From the IMG/VR virus record IMGVR_UViG_3300037506_000254, positions 1 to 31,710 of that record: a stretch of DNA of 31,710 bases. One strand, written 5' to 3'. This DNA is from a virus. Its lineage: Duplodnaviria > Caudoviricetes. Within the stretch, counting starts at the first letter, position 1. Every line of letters begins with the position of its first letter. A model generated the notes under the pieces. It did no database searches. It saw nothing but the letters and a program-made list of their open reading frames with translations, and was not told the origin of the DNA. Positions 1 through 8,340 of this stretch are shown in pieces. The position numbers and the translations under genes are program-made.

Positions 1-125
1 CCTTCATGCGCAAACTCCTCCACGTCGTCTTCGGCGTCCTCAAGAACCAACAACCCTACGATCCTTCACTCCATTCCACCACTCCCGCCGCCTCCTAAAA
101 ACTCGTTGAAATCAAAACAGTATCT
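1..125 (+). mobile_element. Right end of IS110-family insertion sequence
   Basis: After the stop comes TTGAAATCAAAACAGTATCT (106-125): a -35-like TTGAAA and an end in ...GTATCT, resembling IS110/IS621-type right ends with a CT core; exact boundary inferred. Confidence 0.6.
3..98 (+). CDS. IS110-family transposase, C-terminal end (partial, continues left of window)
   Basis: Frame from 3 reads FMRKLLHVVFGVLKNQQPYDPSLHSTTPAAS*, matching the typical IS110 C-terminal AxMRKLL...GVLK...P[FY]D motif; not in ORF track. Confidence 0.8.
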   Translation, partial: FMRKLLHVVFGVLKNQQPYDPSLHSTTPAAS

Positions 126-159
126 TTGCTCGTTCTCGAACACGCTCTCGGACACTCAC

Positions 160-194
160 GCTCGCTCGCGCACACACCACTATCGCGGGCGAGC
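160..194. repeat. GC-rich hairpin in CTCG-rich intergenic DNA beside the IS end
   Basis: GCTCGCTCGCG (160-170) pairs with CGCGGGCGAGC (184-194) with one G:T wobble, 13-nt loop. Confidence 0.5.
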
Positions 195-217
195 TCGGCA
201 CGACGCGCGTGGGTGCT

Positions 218-239
218 TTGACACGTCGCAACGGTCATG
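218..239 (+). promoter_or_regulatory. TTGAC-N14-start motif, copy 1
   Basis: TTGACACGTCGCAACGGTC-ATG; same spacing as copies at 12585(-), 13260, 15679, 18222. Confidence 0.6.
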
Positions 240-572
240 CCGATTGACGAAACGCTCAAGACCATCGACCACGCCGCTCATCAGGACGACCGCTGGATGT
301 TCGTCGCTTTGCTGGTCATCGGCTTGATCACGATTCGATTCCTTGCGCGGTATTTCATGCGCCAGGTCGCGGAACTTCAGCGAGAGATCGTCGCTACCCG
401 GACGGAGTTTGAGCAGCATCTCAAAACGGCCAATGCCGAGATGGTCGCAGCTTTGACCAAGAGCAGCGAAATCATCGCCCAGAACTCCGCGATTCTGGAG
501 CAGATTCATCGGCGACTGGCCGCTGATGATGAACGTGAGGTTCGCGCGGAGAGCACACGTAACGGCCGATAG
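237..572 (+). CDS. Single-pass membrane protein with coiled coil (possible holin-like)
   Basis: Hydrophobic WMFVALLVIGLITIRFLARYF followed by heptad-rich helix; preceded by the TTGAC-N14 motif shared with head genes; holin role is inference. Confidence 0.6.
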   Translation: MPIDETLKTIDHAAHQDDRWMFVALLVIGLITIRFLARYFMRQVAELQREIVATRTEFEQHLKTANAEMVAALTKSSEIIAQNSAILEQIHRRLAADDEREVRAESTRNGR

Positions 573-658
573 AGCCGCTCATGTTGGGTGCCGGATGATG
601 CTTTTGGTTTCGATTCTGCGCACGCACGGCTAGAAGAAGCCGCAACGAACAGACTCCG

Positions 659-1003
659 ATGCCGCAACGAAAGAAACCAAGCATCCCCGATGTTCCGGCC
701 ATCCCGGACGAGACGCTCGCGCGCGCGTTTCCGGGCGGCTTTACCATCAGGGACGAGGCCAACGCGCTTACCGCTTTCGCCTTTCGCAACGGCCCCATCG
801 AAAACCTCCACGCGGGCAAAGCATCGCCGCTGACCGCAGACCCGTCGCTCAGTCGCATCACCGACGACGAGATGAAGGATCTGATGCTCAGCGCCTCCGA
901 GATGCTGGCGGCCGTGCTCGCCCTCCGCGACAGCGACCCGGACAAATATCGGCGCTTCATTCAAGACTACGCACTCAAATACTGTCGCAGTTGGAACCGC
1001 TGA
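659..1003 (+). CDS. Conserved hypothetical protein (FRNGPIENLHAG motif)
   Basis: 114-aa ORF with ordinary protein composition, convergent with 1009-1635. Confidence 0.65.
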   Translation: MPQRKKPSIPDVPAIPDETLARAFPGGFTIRDEANALTAFAFRNGPIENLHAGKASPLTADPSLSRITDDEMKDLMLSASEMLAAVLALRDSDPDKYRRFIQDYALKYCRSWNR

Positions 1004-1008
1004 TGCGC

Positions 1009-1635
1009 TCAGGTGAGAAACCGATGCTTCACCCAGCCGCGAAACTCCTCGGTCGCTGAGCGCATCTGCACCGGGTAAATCGAATCCGCGCGCTTCATCA
1101 CCACGCCCTCGAAGAAGTCACAGCCGAGCGCGCGATTCGCAGTGCGGAGCCGCTGGTAGAACGCGAGCGCATCGGAGTGTGAATCAGCGTGGCGGGCTGG
1201 TGTCAGGACCACGGCGCCGCACGGGACTGGGCGCGAGATTTCGCCATCGAAGACCGGATCGCACTGAACCAGCGAGTCGAGCATCGCGCGCCGCTCAACA
1301 TAATTCGGCGCGCCGATTTCTGGAACAACATCGAGCACGACGAGCGTGCCGCGACCGAAATTGTGGCGGCGTTCGAGAGCTTCGCAGTCGGCCCATACGA
1401 GGCCGCTTGGGGCGAGCTTCGCGAGGGCCGCGAACGCAGGTCGGAAGCAGTCAGCGATGGTCAGTAACGAGCCGTGGCGATTCCACATCGTCCCGGTCGG
1501 CGTGTGGATGAGCGCACGCCACCCGTTCAATTTTGGTTCCGCATACCACTGGCCGCGCTTGGGCGGGGCCAACTCGAGCCGACCGCCTTGGATTGGGCGA
1601 GCGGGAAACGTGAGCAGCGGCGGTAGGTGCATCAT
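1009..1635 (-). CDS. ATP-dependent DNA ligase-like nucleotidyltransferase, adenylation domain only
   Basis: Motif I EPKLNGWRA, NRHG, motif III DCEAL, IIIa VVLDV, IV EGVVMK, V WVKHR then stop; start coupled to the stop of 1635-2063. Confidence 0.75.
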   Translation of the reverse strand: MMHLPPLLTFPARPIQGGRLELAPPKRGQWYAEPKLNGWRALIHTPTGTMWNRHGSLLTIADCFRPAFAALAKLAPSGLVWADCEALERRHNFGRGTLVVLDVVPEIGAPNYVERRAMLDSLVQCDPVFDGEISRPVPCGAVVLTPARHADSHSDALAFYQRLRTANRALGCDFFEGVVMKRADSIYPVQMRSATEEFRGWVKHRFLT

Positions 1636-2063
1636 CACACCCCTATCCGTTGGAGTTCGTGGACGAGGCGGCGGAGATTCACCATCGCTGGTTCTCGAAA
1701 CTCTGGATGCGCGGCCTCCGACTCGAGCGCGGTTTGCAGTGCAAAGGCACGCAACATCAAGTCCCACGTTCTCGCGGGCGATGAGTCGTCCAGTAGTTCG
1801 CTCCGTTCCCGAAGATCGTCGAGCCAAGCGGACATCTCATCGAATGTTCGTGGAACCTCCGTCTCGGGAGGGCCGGATTCCGCGTTTATCACGCGAATTT
1901 GGCCTTCGATTTCCGCGCGGAGAGTGGAGGGATGGGCGCTCGTCTCGGACTCACGAACGGCCTTTTGATGAATGGCCTTCGCGGCGGCTTCGAGATCATC
2001 GAGCGATGCGACGCAACGCTCGTTGCCGAAGATCGTCAGGACGATGGGAGAATCAGTCTTCAT
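1635..2063 (-). CDS. Hypothetical protein
   Basis: 142-aa ORF overlapping both neighbours in the leftward operon. Confidence 0.65.
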   Translation of the reverse strand: MKTDSPIVLTIFGNERCVASLDDLEAAAKAIHQKAVRESETSAHPSTLRAEIEGQIRVINAESGPPETEVPRTFDEMSAWLDDLRERSELLDDSSPARTWDLMLRAFALQTALESEAAHPEFREPAMVNLRRLVHELQRIGV

Positions 2064-2679
2064 CGGGGAGCATCACGGTGATGGCGGGTTGCGGGTCGTC
2101 GATGTCGCGCGGGCCGCACACCGCTTTGAGATTCACGAGCGGTGGTGTGCGGTCGCGGTTGTCGTTGCGAACGTGCAGGCCGAAGAGCATCTGCGGGCCG
2201 CTCGTGCGGCGGGCTGCACAGCGCAACATCCACACGATGTCCCACAGCCGGCCTTTCTCGTCCTGACAGCGCACGCCATCGGGCACGGTCACGTAGCTCT
2301 CCCACACCGCGCGGGTGAGATAGACCGGGAACTTCAATCCTGCCTCGCGCGCCACTTCGCTCACATCGATCTGCACGCCATCGGCGAGCGCGTCCTTCCG
2401 CGTGTAGGCGTAAAGCACTTCCGCGTCGGCGAACGGGTCTTGAGCTTCGTCCATCAGCGCGACGTTCTCGACGTGGCGCGTGAGCGCATCGGTGCGTTTG
2501 CTCTGCCAAGGCACGACTTCCAGCGGCCCGTGGAGACGCTCCATCGCGCCCCGCAGTTCCGCCGCCGATTTATCATCGGCGGCGGTGAACACTCCCGCGA
2601 GGTTCGAGTTGCTCGTCGCCGTGTTCGTCGGCGAACTGACCCAGCGGCCATCTGCGAGTCGCAGTGTGAACTTATTCAT
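2053..2679 (-). CDS. DUF6573-like phage/plasmid protein
   Basis: YAYTRKDALADGVQIDVS..A.EAGLKFPVYLTRAVW..YV...QDEKGRLWDIVWM and C-terminal PAITVMLPDED. Confidence 0.75.
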   Translation of the reverse strand: MNKFTLRLADGRWVSSPTNTATSNSNLAGVFTAADDKSAAELRGAMERLHGPLEVVPWQSKRTDALTRHVENVALMDEAQDPFADAEVLYAYTRKDALADGVQIDVSEVAREAGLKFPVYLTRAVWESYVTVPDGVRCQDEKGRLWDIVWMLRCAARRTSGPQMLFGLHVRNDNRDRTPPLVNLKAVCGPRDIDDPQPAITVMLPDED

Positions 2680-3397
2680 CGTCGCTTCCTCCGCGCCCGA
2701 GCTTCGTCTTCACGCTCGCGCTGATGGGCACGATTTTGTCGAGTTCGTGATTCTGCTCCACGGAGAACAGCGTGTGCCGCGCGGCGTGGAACTCTTTCGT
2801 CGGTTTGATGGTCGCTTTTGCGGAGAGCGCCGCGCTCGCTCCGTGGCGCGCGAACAACTCCTGCAACTCCGCGAGCAGCGGCTCAACCGCGGCCTCGGGA
2901 ATCGCATCCCCTTTGATCTTCAACTCGAACGTCTGCTTGAAATACCGGGCGGCGTGCTCGCCCGCGAGCCGCGTGATAGCGGGATCATCGCTCGTGCCCC
3001 GGTAGGAGTTGCTGAACCCGACGCGCACGACCTTGCCGTCCGCGCTCCGCGCCTCGACCGACGAGGCGACGGCTTGCTGCCCGTGGTGGTGAGTGAAGTA
3101 GAACGGCTTCGCGATGGCGATCAGCTCGGCCTTCTCCAGTTCAATCGCGCCTTCGAGGGCCTCAGCCTGCGCGCTCTTGTCGAGGATGCTGGCGACCAAT
3201 TCGCCGACTTGTCCATCGGGGTCGGGCAGCAGTGGGTAGGCTTTCGCCGACTTGCTGGCCGGCGTTTGCGTGGCGAACCCGGCGAGGCTGACCTTCTTCA
3301 AGGCCGGCGCAGGCGCGGGCGTGAGCGCGGCGGTCGCCGCTTTCGGTTCTGCGGCGACGGTGGCCGCGTTCTTGGTGGTGCTTTTCGGTGTCTTCAT
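2672..3397 (-). CDS. Phage hypothetical protein
   Basis: Ala/Lys/Thr-rich N-terminus then globular region; ATG at 3397 (alternative GTG at 3436); overlaps downstream gene. Confidence 0.7.
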   Translation of the reverse strand: MKTPKSTTKNAATVAAEPKAATAALTPAPAPALKKVSLAGFATQTPASKSAKAYPLLPDPDGQVGELVASILDKSAQAEALEGAIELEKAELIAIAKPFYFTHHHGQQAVASSVEARSADGKVVRVGFSNSYRGTSDDPAITRLAGEHAARYFKQTFELKIKGDAIPEAAVEPLLAELQELFARHGASAALSAKATIKPTKEFHAARHTLFSVEQNHELDKIVPISASVKTKLGRGGSDDE

Positions 3398-3435
3398 TGG
3401 TTTTCGGTTTTGTGGTTTCTGGTTCTCGCCGCTCA

Positions 3436-4365
3436 CTACGCGGACTGCGTATCTTCACAGCAAAATGGAGTTTGATGGTCTTTCTGCGCGGTCTTCACCT
3501 TGGCGACTTCGGCGAGCAGTTCCGTGCCGGTGACTTTCCACTCGCGCGTCTCGTCGGCGGTGGAGCCGGCGAAGACCGCGTTCAGGCAGACGTTGAGAAT
3601 GTCCCCGCCCGACAGCCCCTTCGCTTCCGCGGCGAGGATGTTCAGGTCAGCGAACACGCGCTCGCGGTTCGGCAGGTGAAGCTCAAACAGTCGGCGGCGC
3701 ATCGCCTTGTCAGGCAGCCGGAACTTGATGTGCCGCGAAATACGCCGGAGCAGCGCCGGGTCGTAATTGGCAAACAAGTTCGTCGTGACGATGACCACGC
3801 CGTTGAAGCGGTCGAGTTCCTGCATCAGCACGTTGCGGTTCTGATTGATGCTGGTCGAGCAGCTCTCCCCGGAGTTAACGCGCCGCGAGAGCAGTGAGTC
3901 CGCTTCATCGAAGAACAGCACCGCACCAAGTTCGCTCGCGCGCTTGAAGCACGCCGCGATGTGCTTCGCAGTATCGCCGAGATACTTCGAGATCACCGCG
4001 CTGTAATCCACTTGGTAGAGCGGCTGACTGAGCCGCAGCGCCACGTCGAGAGCGGCGCGTGTCTTGCCCGTGCCCGGAGGCCCGTGGAAATTCAGGATGC
4101 AGCGGCCGTCTTGCGGCTGGAGTTGGCTGATGCTCCACACCGCTTCGAGGTCGGCGCGGCGCTGGATGGCGCGCAGGCCGGCGGCGATGTCGTCGCGCAC
4201 GTCCGCGTGGAGCACGAGCCGGTCAAGTTCGTGGTGCGGCTGTGGAGTGACGAGCACGCCGAGGTCAGGCGTTTCTGCGTTGGTGCCGTTGTTGCGACGG
4301 CGCGGGTTGCGATGGTCAGCCGCGGTGGCGGCGTCCGGTGGGATTTCGTGTTCGTGTTCAGGCAT
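3436..4365 (-). CDS. Single-domain classical AAA ATPase
   Basis: Walker A GPPGTGKT, SKYLGDT pore loop, Walker B VLFFDEAD, sensor TTN, SRH DPALLRR; ATG 4365 chosen because it follows the repeated promoter-like element. Confidence 0.85.
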   Translation of the reverse strand: MPEHEHEIPPDAATAADHRNPRRRNNGTNAETPDLGVLVTPQPHHELDRLVLHADVRDDIAAGLRAIQRRADLEAVWSISQLQPQDGRCILNFHGPPGTGKTRAALDVALRLSQPLYQVDYSAVISKYLGDTAKHIAACFKRASELGAVLFFDEADSLLSRRVNSGESCSTSINQNRNVLMQELDRFNGVVIVTTNLFANYDPALLRRISRHIKFRLPDKAMRRRLFELHLPNRERVFADLNILAAEAKGLSGGDILNVCLNAVFAGSTADETREWKVTGTELLAEVAKVKTAQKDHQTPFCCEDTQSA

Positions 4366-4369
4366 ATGG

Positions 4370-4666
4370 TTAGTTGAATTGATGCCCTTGTCCTCGTTCA
4401 CCGCCCGCGTCTGAGTCCATCGCTGATGAACACCATTTGTGATCACCATTTTGCGTAGCGGCCCGCGCTTGGCGCGAAAGGTGAGGCGCTTCCAACTTGG
4501 TGATGAAGTCATCGAGGTCGCGCTCGATCGTTTCGTCGTCTAGTGCTTCGCAACTGGCGAGCAGCCACACCCCGCACAGATTGATCTCGGCGTTGTAGCG
4601 CGCAAATCTTTCGCCGTCGCGCACGGTGCGGTAGCGAATCTCGTAGCCTCGATACGCGCTACTCAT
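4370..4666 (-). CDS. Small hypothetical protein (MSSAYRGYEIRY...)
   Basis: ATG at 4666 overlapping the end of the upstream gene; its 3' part runs through the repeated element. Confidence 0.5.
   Translation of the reverse strand: MSSAYRGYEIRYRTVRDGERFARYNAEINLCGVWLLASCEALDDETIERDLDDFITKLEAPHLSRQARAATQNGDHKWCSSAMDSDAGGERGQGHQFN
4381..4484 (-). repeat. Partial copy (promoter half) of the early intergenic cassette
   Basis: CGCTTGGCGCGAAAGGTGA at 4466-4484 is identical to 10214-10232; on the minus strand it is followed by TGGACT-N17-CGAGGA-CAAGGGC. Confidence 0.8.
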
Positions 4667-4955
4667 ACGCGCGTTCGCATCGGGCGCACACGCCCGACCC
4701 GTCCTCCGATGGCTTTCCACAATAGCGGCATCCCACGCCCGCTCGTGCACGGAGCTTTGCTCCCAAGCATCGCACGATGCGCTCGATGACGGACACCGCG
4801 AGCTTCTTCGCGTCGCCGGTGCCGCCGGTGAACCAACACCAGTCGCCTGCGACGCATTTCCACTCCACTTCCACGATGCCGCGCGCGGTGAGGACAATCG
4901 CGTGCTTCGGGCGCTCGCGCTTGTCGAAGGTAATTGAGTGAATGCGCGCTTTCAC
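4659..4955 (-). CDS. Small protein with C-terminal Zn-ribbon (CRYC...CARC)
   Basis: GTG at 4955 overlaps TGA of the AAA+ gene, AAAGGAGG upstream; two CxxC pairs. Confidence 0.65.
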   Translation of the reverse strand: MKARIHSITFDKRERPKHAIVLTARGIVEVEWKCVAGDWCWFTGGTGDAKKLAVSVIERIVRCLGAKLRARAGVGCRYCGKPSEDGSGVCARCERAYE

Positions 4956-5647
4956 AGCAGTCCGCCTCCTTTCACGTCGAGCCACGTCTCCAAATCCGCG
5001 AGCGCTGCGCGCACGCAGCCACCGCTCCCAACGGCGACGCGCGCGGCCACATCGCGAGGGACGCGCCAGTGCGCGCACAGAAACTCCGCGATCTCGTCCG
5101 TCGTCGGCGTGCCGAGCTTGATGGATTGGAACCGCGTCTGGAAACGCTCCGTGAGCATGTCGAGTTGCAGGTTGCTCGTGCCGATGAGTGCCTTCCCCGG
5201 CGGGAGCCGGTCGAGATAGCTGAGCAGGATGTCCTGCGCGTCCTTCGAGCAGCGGTCGAGTTCGTTGATGATCTTCACGCACCAGTTCGAGAACAGCGAG
5301 CCGTAGGGCAGGATTTGTATCCACTCCCGCACGGCATCCACGGTCACTTCCTTCCCGTTGAAACTCTCAACGCCGAGCGGCGTGCCGGTAAGTTCGCGCG
5401 CGACCAACTCGGCCACGGTCGTCTTGCCGACGCCGGGCGGGCCGTAGAGCAGGAGCTTGCACGCGGCGGTGCGCGAGTCGCGCAGCCGTCGTGCTTTCGC
5501 AACCTGGGCAACACAGACTTCGCGCGCTTGACCGATCAGATCGTTCGAGCCTGACGGACGCCAGTTCATCGGCGATGGTGGTGCGTCGAACACGGCGCTC
5601 TTAGCTCGTGGCGTCGAGCCGTTGCGATGATTATGCCGCAGCCGCAT
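4952..5647 (-). CDS. Clamp-loader-clade AAA+ ATPase (RarA/MgsA N-terminal-like)
   Basis: WRP...DLIGQ box, LLLYGPPGVGKTT, Walker B variant VKIINELD, AQDILL, LIGTSN; AAAGGAGG before ATG 5647 (alternative start 5569). Confidence 0.8.
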   Translation of the reverse strand: MRLRHNHRNGSTPRAKSAVFDAPPSPMNWRPSGSNDLIGQAREVCVAQVAKARRLRDSRTAACKLLLYGPPGVGKTTVAELVARELTGTPLGVESFNGKEVTVDAVREWIQILPYGSLFSNWCVKIINELDRCSKDAQDILLSYLDRLPPGKALIGTSNLQLDMLTERFQTRFQSIKLGTPTTDEIAEFLCAHWRVPRDVAARVAVGSGGCVRAALADLETWLDVKGGGLL

Positions 5648-5798
5648 AGCCGCCTCCTTTCAGGCTGACCAATTCGCGCAGCTTGCCGGCCACGGTGGCC
5701 GCGCCCTTTTTGTAGAGCGCGACCACCACGAGTTCGCCGTCGAGCCACACGGCCCAATTCCGCGTTCCGTAGCGAGTGACTGTGACCACGGCTACCAT
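5631..5798 (-). CDS. Small hypothetical protein, 55 aa (not in ORF track)
   Basis: MVAVVTVTRYGTRNWAVWLDGELVVVALYKKGAATVAGKLRELVSLKGGGYAAAA*; fills the gap and overlaps both neighbours. Confidence 0.65.
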   Translation of the reverse strand: MVAVVTVTRYGTRNWAVWLDGELVVVALYKKGAATVAGKLRELVSLKGGGYAAAA

Positions 5799-6397
5799 CC
5801 CTCCCGGCGCACGCGCGCCTTCACGGTGTTGATGGACAAGTCGAAGCGCGCCGCCGTCTGCTTCGGGCTGCGCGTCTGCTTGTAGAACTTCTTCACCGCG
5901 CGCCAGTCCGTGCCCGTCTCGGCCTCCTGCTCCGGCGCCGCGTGCCGCGCACTCCGACCGTTGGAGGCCGTGGTATCGGTCTCACGGGAGCGCGTGGAAT
6001 CGCGTTGGAAGGCATCGAAGCGCCGGCTGGTTGTGGAGTTGGCCCCCGCGTTCGCGCGCGTGGATTCCAGCGCGGCGAGCCGCTGTTCGAGAGGCCGCAG
6101 CCGGTCGGCCACGGCGACACTGGCGGCGTCACCGACGATCTTGCTCACGTCGATGGACGAGCCACCGCCGCGGCGCTTGCCGACGACTTCCATGACTTTC
6201 GTCGTCACGATCTCGCGGATGAGTTCGACGGGGATTTCCGTGATCGAATAGACCACGCCGGTAAGCGACTGGAGCCCGAGCAGTGACTTCATCTGCTCGC
6301 GCGCCGTGCGCGGATTCTCGGCCTCGATGCGGTCATCGAAGACGACTTTGCCAGCCTTGCTGGCGATCAGTTTGAACAGCTTCATTTTCGTTTTCAT
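5792..6397 (-). CDS. Protein with C-terminal helix-turn-helix
   Basis: C-terminus DWRAVKKFYKQTRSPKQTAARFDLSINTVKARVRREGW has HTH pattern; ATG 6397. Confidence 0.7.
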   Translation of the reverse strand: MKTKMKLFKLIASKAGKVVFDDRIEAENPRTAREQMKSLLGLQSLTGVVYSITEIPVELIREIVTTKVMEVVGKRRGGGSSIDVSKIVGDAASVAVADRLRPLEQRLAALESTRANAGANSTTSRRFDAFQRDSTRSRETDTTASNGRSARHAAPEQEAETGTDWRAVKKFYKQTRSPKQTAARFDLSINTVKARVRREGW

Positions 6398-6407
6398 TGG
6401 ATGCGGG

Positions 6408-7067
6408 TCAGCGGTGGTGATTGCCGAGCGCCAGCGAGAGCTGACCCGTGTGGCCCGCTGCGCTCGGTTTGCGGCAGCCATCCGCTGAGTGCGGACTGCT
6501 TGCCGAAAATGATGCCCGTCTCGCGCTCTCGGCGAGGTAGGGCGTGAAGCTCGTGTTGCTGACGAGGAAGCCGCGCCACGGCTGCCAGTCGCCGAACAAC
6601 TCAATCTCCTTGGCGTGCATCACTGCCCAACGGCCGGGCAGCTTTTTGAGCAGCTTCGTCCCCTTGTGATGCACGAGCGCGGCGACCGCGCGGCTGTCGC
6701 TCATCGGGCCGTCGAGGTTGCCGATGATTTCCTGCGCGGCCTCCCAGTTGCCCCACGTCCCGTTGTGGAAGAGCACCGACTTGCAAAGCCCCTCGTAGCC
6801 CAGCGCCGCTTCCGCAGTCACCGGGAACGGATGGCAGAGCAGCGGCTCCACGCCGCCGACACTCGCCCAGCGGAAGTGAATGATGACTTCACCCGGCACT
6901 TTCTGAATCAGGTGATTCACTTCTCCGGGCGTGAGCGCCTTCTTCCAGTGGATGCGGCGTTTGTCGCGCCACGCCACGCCCGCTCCGTGCGGGTTGGCGG
7001 CGTGGCACGCGCGCAGGATGGTCAGGTCAGGGCGTTGCTTTGGCGGACAGATTAGGACGACACACAT
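6408..7067 (-). CDS. Class II (Ntn) glutamine amidotransferase-like protein
   Basis: Starts MC (N-terminal nucleophile Cys), NPHGAGVAW, HFRWASVG, HPF, FHNG, SDSR. Confidence 0.8.
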   Translation of the reverse strand: MCVVLICPPKQRPDLTILRACHAANPHGAGVAWRDKRRIHWKKALTPGEVNHLIQKVPGEVIIHFRWASVGGVEPLLCHPFPVTAEAALGYEGLCKSVLFHNGTWGNWEAAQEIIGNLDGPMSDSRAVAALVHHKGTKLLKKLPGRWAVMHAKEIELFGDWQPWRGFLVSNTSFTPYLAESARRASFSASSPHSADGCRKPSAAGHTGQLSLALGNHHR

Positions 7068-7104
7068 AGGAAATGGAGAGTTGAGAGTTGAGAATTGGTC
7101 GTGT

Positions 7105-8064
7105 TCACAGGCGGGCGTCGGGGTAGCGCTCATCGAACTTCCCGCAGAGGCGCAGGGCTTCGTCGCGGCAGGCCGGGAACTCCGAGTGGAGCCGGCCAAA
7201 CATTCCGAGAGCGACAGGCCGCGCGCTGCCGTTCCAGCCGAGGTAATCGTGGAGGAAATGCAGCGCGCTCTCGGCCGTCTGCGTGCGCTTCACTTGCAGC
7301 TTGTTCTTCCGAAACGCGCCGAGGCACTGGACTTGGTGCGCGCGGCGACACAGCCCGAGCACGGTCGCAAGGTGGTGGAGGATTTTCGTGAGGCTCGTGG
7401 TGCCCGCGAACACGCGGAACTCCACCGCCCCGACATACTCGCTGCCCCGCATCCGAAAGGACTTTTGGAAATTCAGCATCCCGCGCCCGCAGGCAGCGGC
7501 GGCAGCTTCCTTGTCCGCGATGCTGCTCGTGTTCACGATCAGGCGCATGTGGCGCGCGACATCCGCAGCAAGCGTGTGGCTGTAACGATTCAGGTGACGC
7601 CCCGTTCCCGTCTGGCCGTAGAGCGACATCGCGTGCCACTGCGCGATGTGAGCGAGCTTGCGCACGAACTCGCTCACCTTTGCCGGCTGCGAACTCCCGA
7701 TCACCGACTCGATGCCGACGGTGATGTGGCAGCCGCAAGAGGCATCGGCTTTCGCGCCCACGGCGAGCATCCACTCGACGAACTGGCAGAGGTTCTCGAC
7801 CCCGGCCTCTCCGTGGAGAATGGGCGACACGAACTCGCACGCCATCTCGCCGGCGTCGCAGGTGATCGAGCCGTCGCGGTCAGCGCGCCACGTCGCTCCA
7901 TTGAAAGTGGGCGCGGTGAGTTCCTGCCCGTTGGTCGCGCAGGCCGTCCTCACCGGATACCCGCCCACGGCGAGGCCGCTGGTGCGGGGAATCTTCGTCT
8001 CCAACTCGATGCCGAAGCGGATGGCCGTCGCTTCCGTGTCTTGCTGTTTTCTGAAACTACGCAT
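7105..8064 (-). CDS. Putative amidoligase (COOH-NH2 ligase, Amidoligase_2-like)
   Basis: FGIELE, W...DGSI, CEFVSPIL, SCGCHI, LNF, VEFRVF.GT motifs of the glutamine-synthetase-fold amidoligases. Confidence 0.85.
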   Translation of the reverse strand: MRSFRKQQDTEATAIRFGIELETKIPRTSGLAVGGYPVRTACATNGQELTAPTFNGATWRADRDGSITCDAGEMACEFVSPILHGEAGVENLCQFVEWMLAVGAKADASCGCHITVGIESVIGSSQPAKVSEFVRKLAHIAQWHAMSLYGQTGTGRHLNRYSHTLAADVARHMRLIVNTSSIADKEAAAAACGRGMLNFQKSFRMRGSEYVGAVEFRVFAGTTSLTKILHHLATVLGLCRRAHQVQCLGAFRKNKLQVKRTQTAESALHFLHDYLGWNGSARPVALGMFGRLHSEFPACRDEALRLCGKFDERYPDARL

Positions 8065-8092
8065 ACTGCGGACTCATTGGGCAAAAAATGAG

Positions 8093-8293
8093 TTAGAGGT
8101 TCCGCAGCGCGGCCTGCGCGACGGCGATGTCCGCGTGGAGTTTGTCGATGTCCTGCTTGGGCACCGGCTGGCCGGCGAAGCAGGCGTTGAGCGCGCAGCG
8201 GAGCAGGTCGCGCTTTGAGCGGAGAAGCGCGCTCACCGCGTCGGGGCCGCGGCTGATCGCCGCTTGGAGTTCAGTGGATTGGATTGCGTTCAT
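8093..8293 (-). CDS. Small helical hypothetical protein
   Basis: MNAIQSTELQ... preceded by AAGGAGG; first gene after cassette A (alternative start 8314). Confidence 0.55.
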   Translation of the reverse strand: MNAIQSTELQAAISRGPDAVSALLRSKRDLLRCALNACFAGQPVPKQDIDKLHADIAVAQAALRNL

Positions 8294-8340
8294 GGCCTCC
8301 TTGATGCCAGCCATAAGTCGCGAACGGATAGGGAATTGTA

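Noticed and set aside
7068-7104. Short heptamer run (minus strand TCTCAAC TCTCAAC TCTCCAT) between amidoligase and GATase
   Set aside because: Only two to three units; common low-complexity intergenic repeat with no supportable function
8072-8093. Small inverted repeat ACTCATT...AATGAGT before the amidoligase
   Set aside because: Weak AT-rich 7-bp stem, single occurrence
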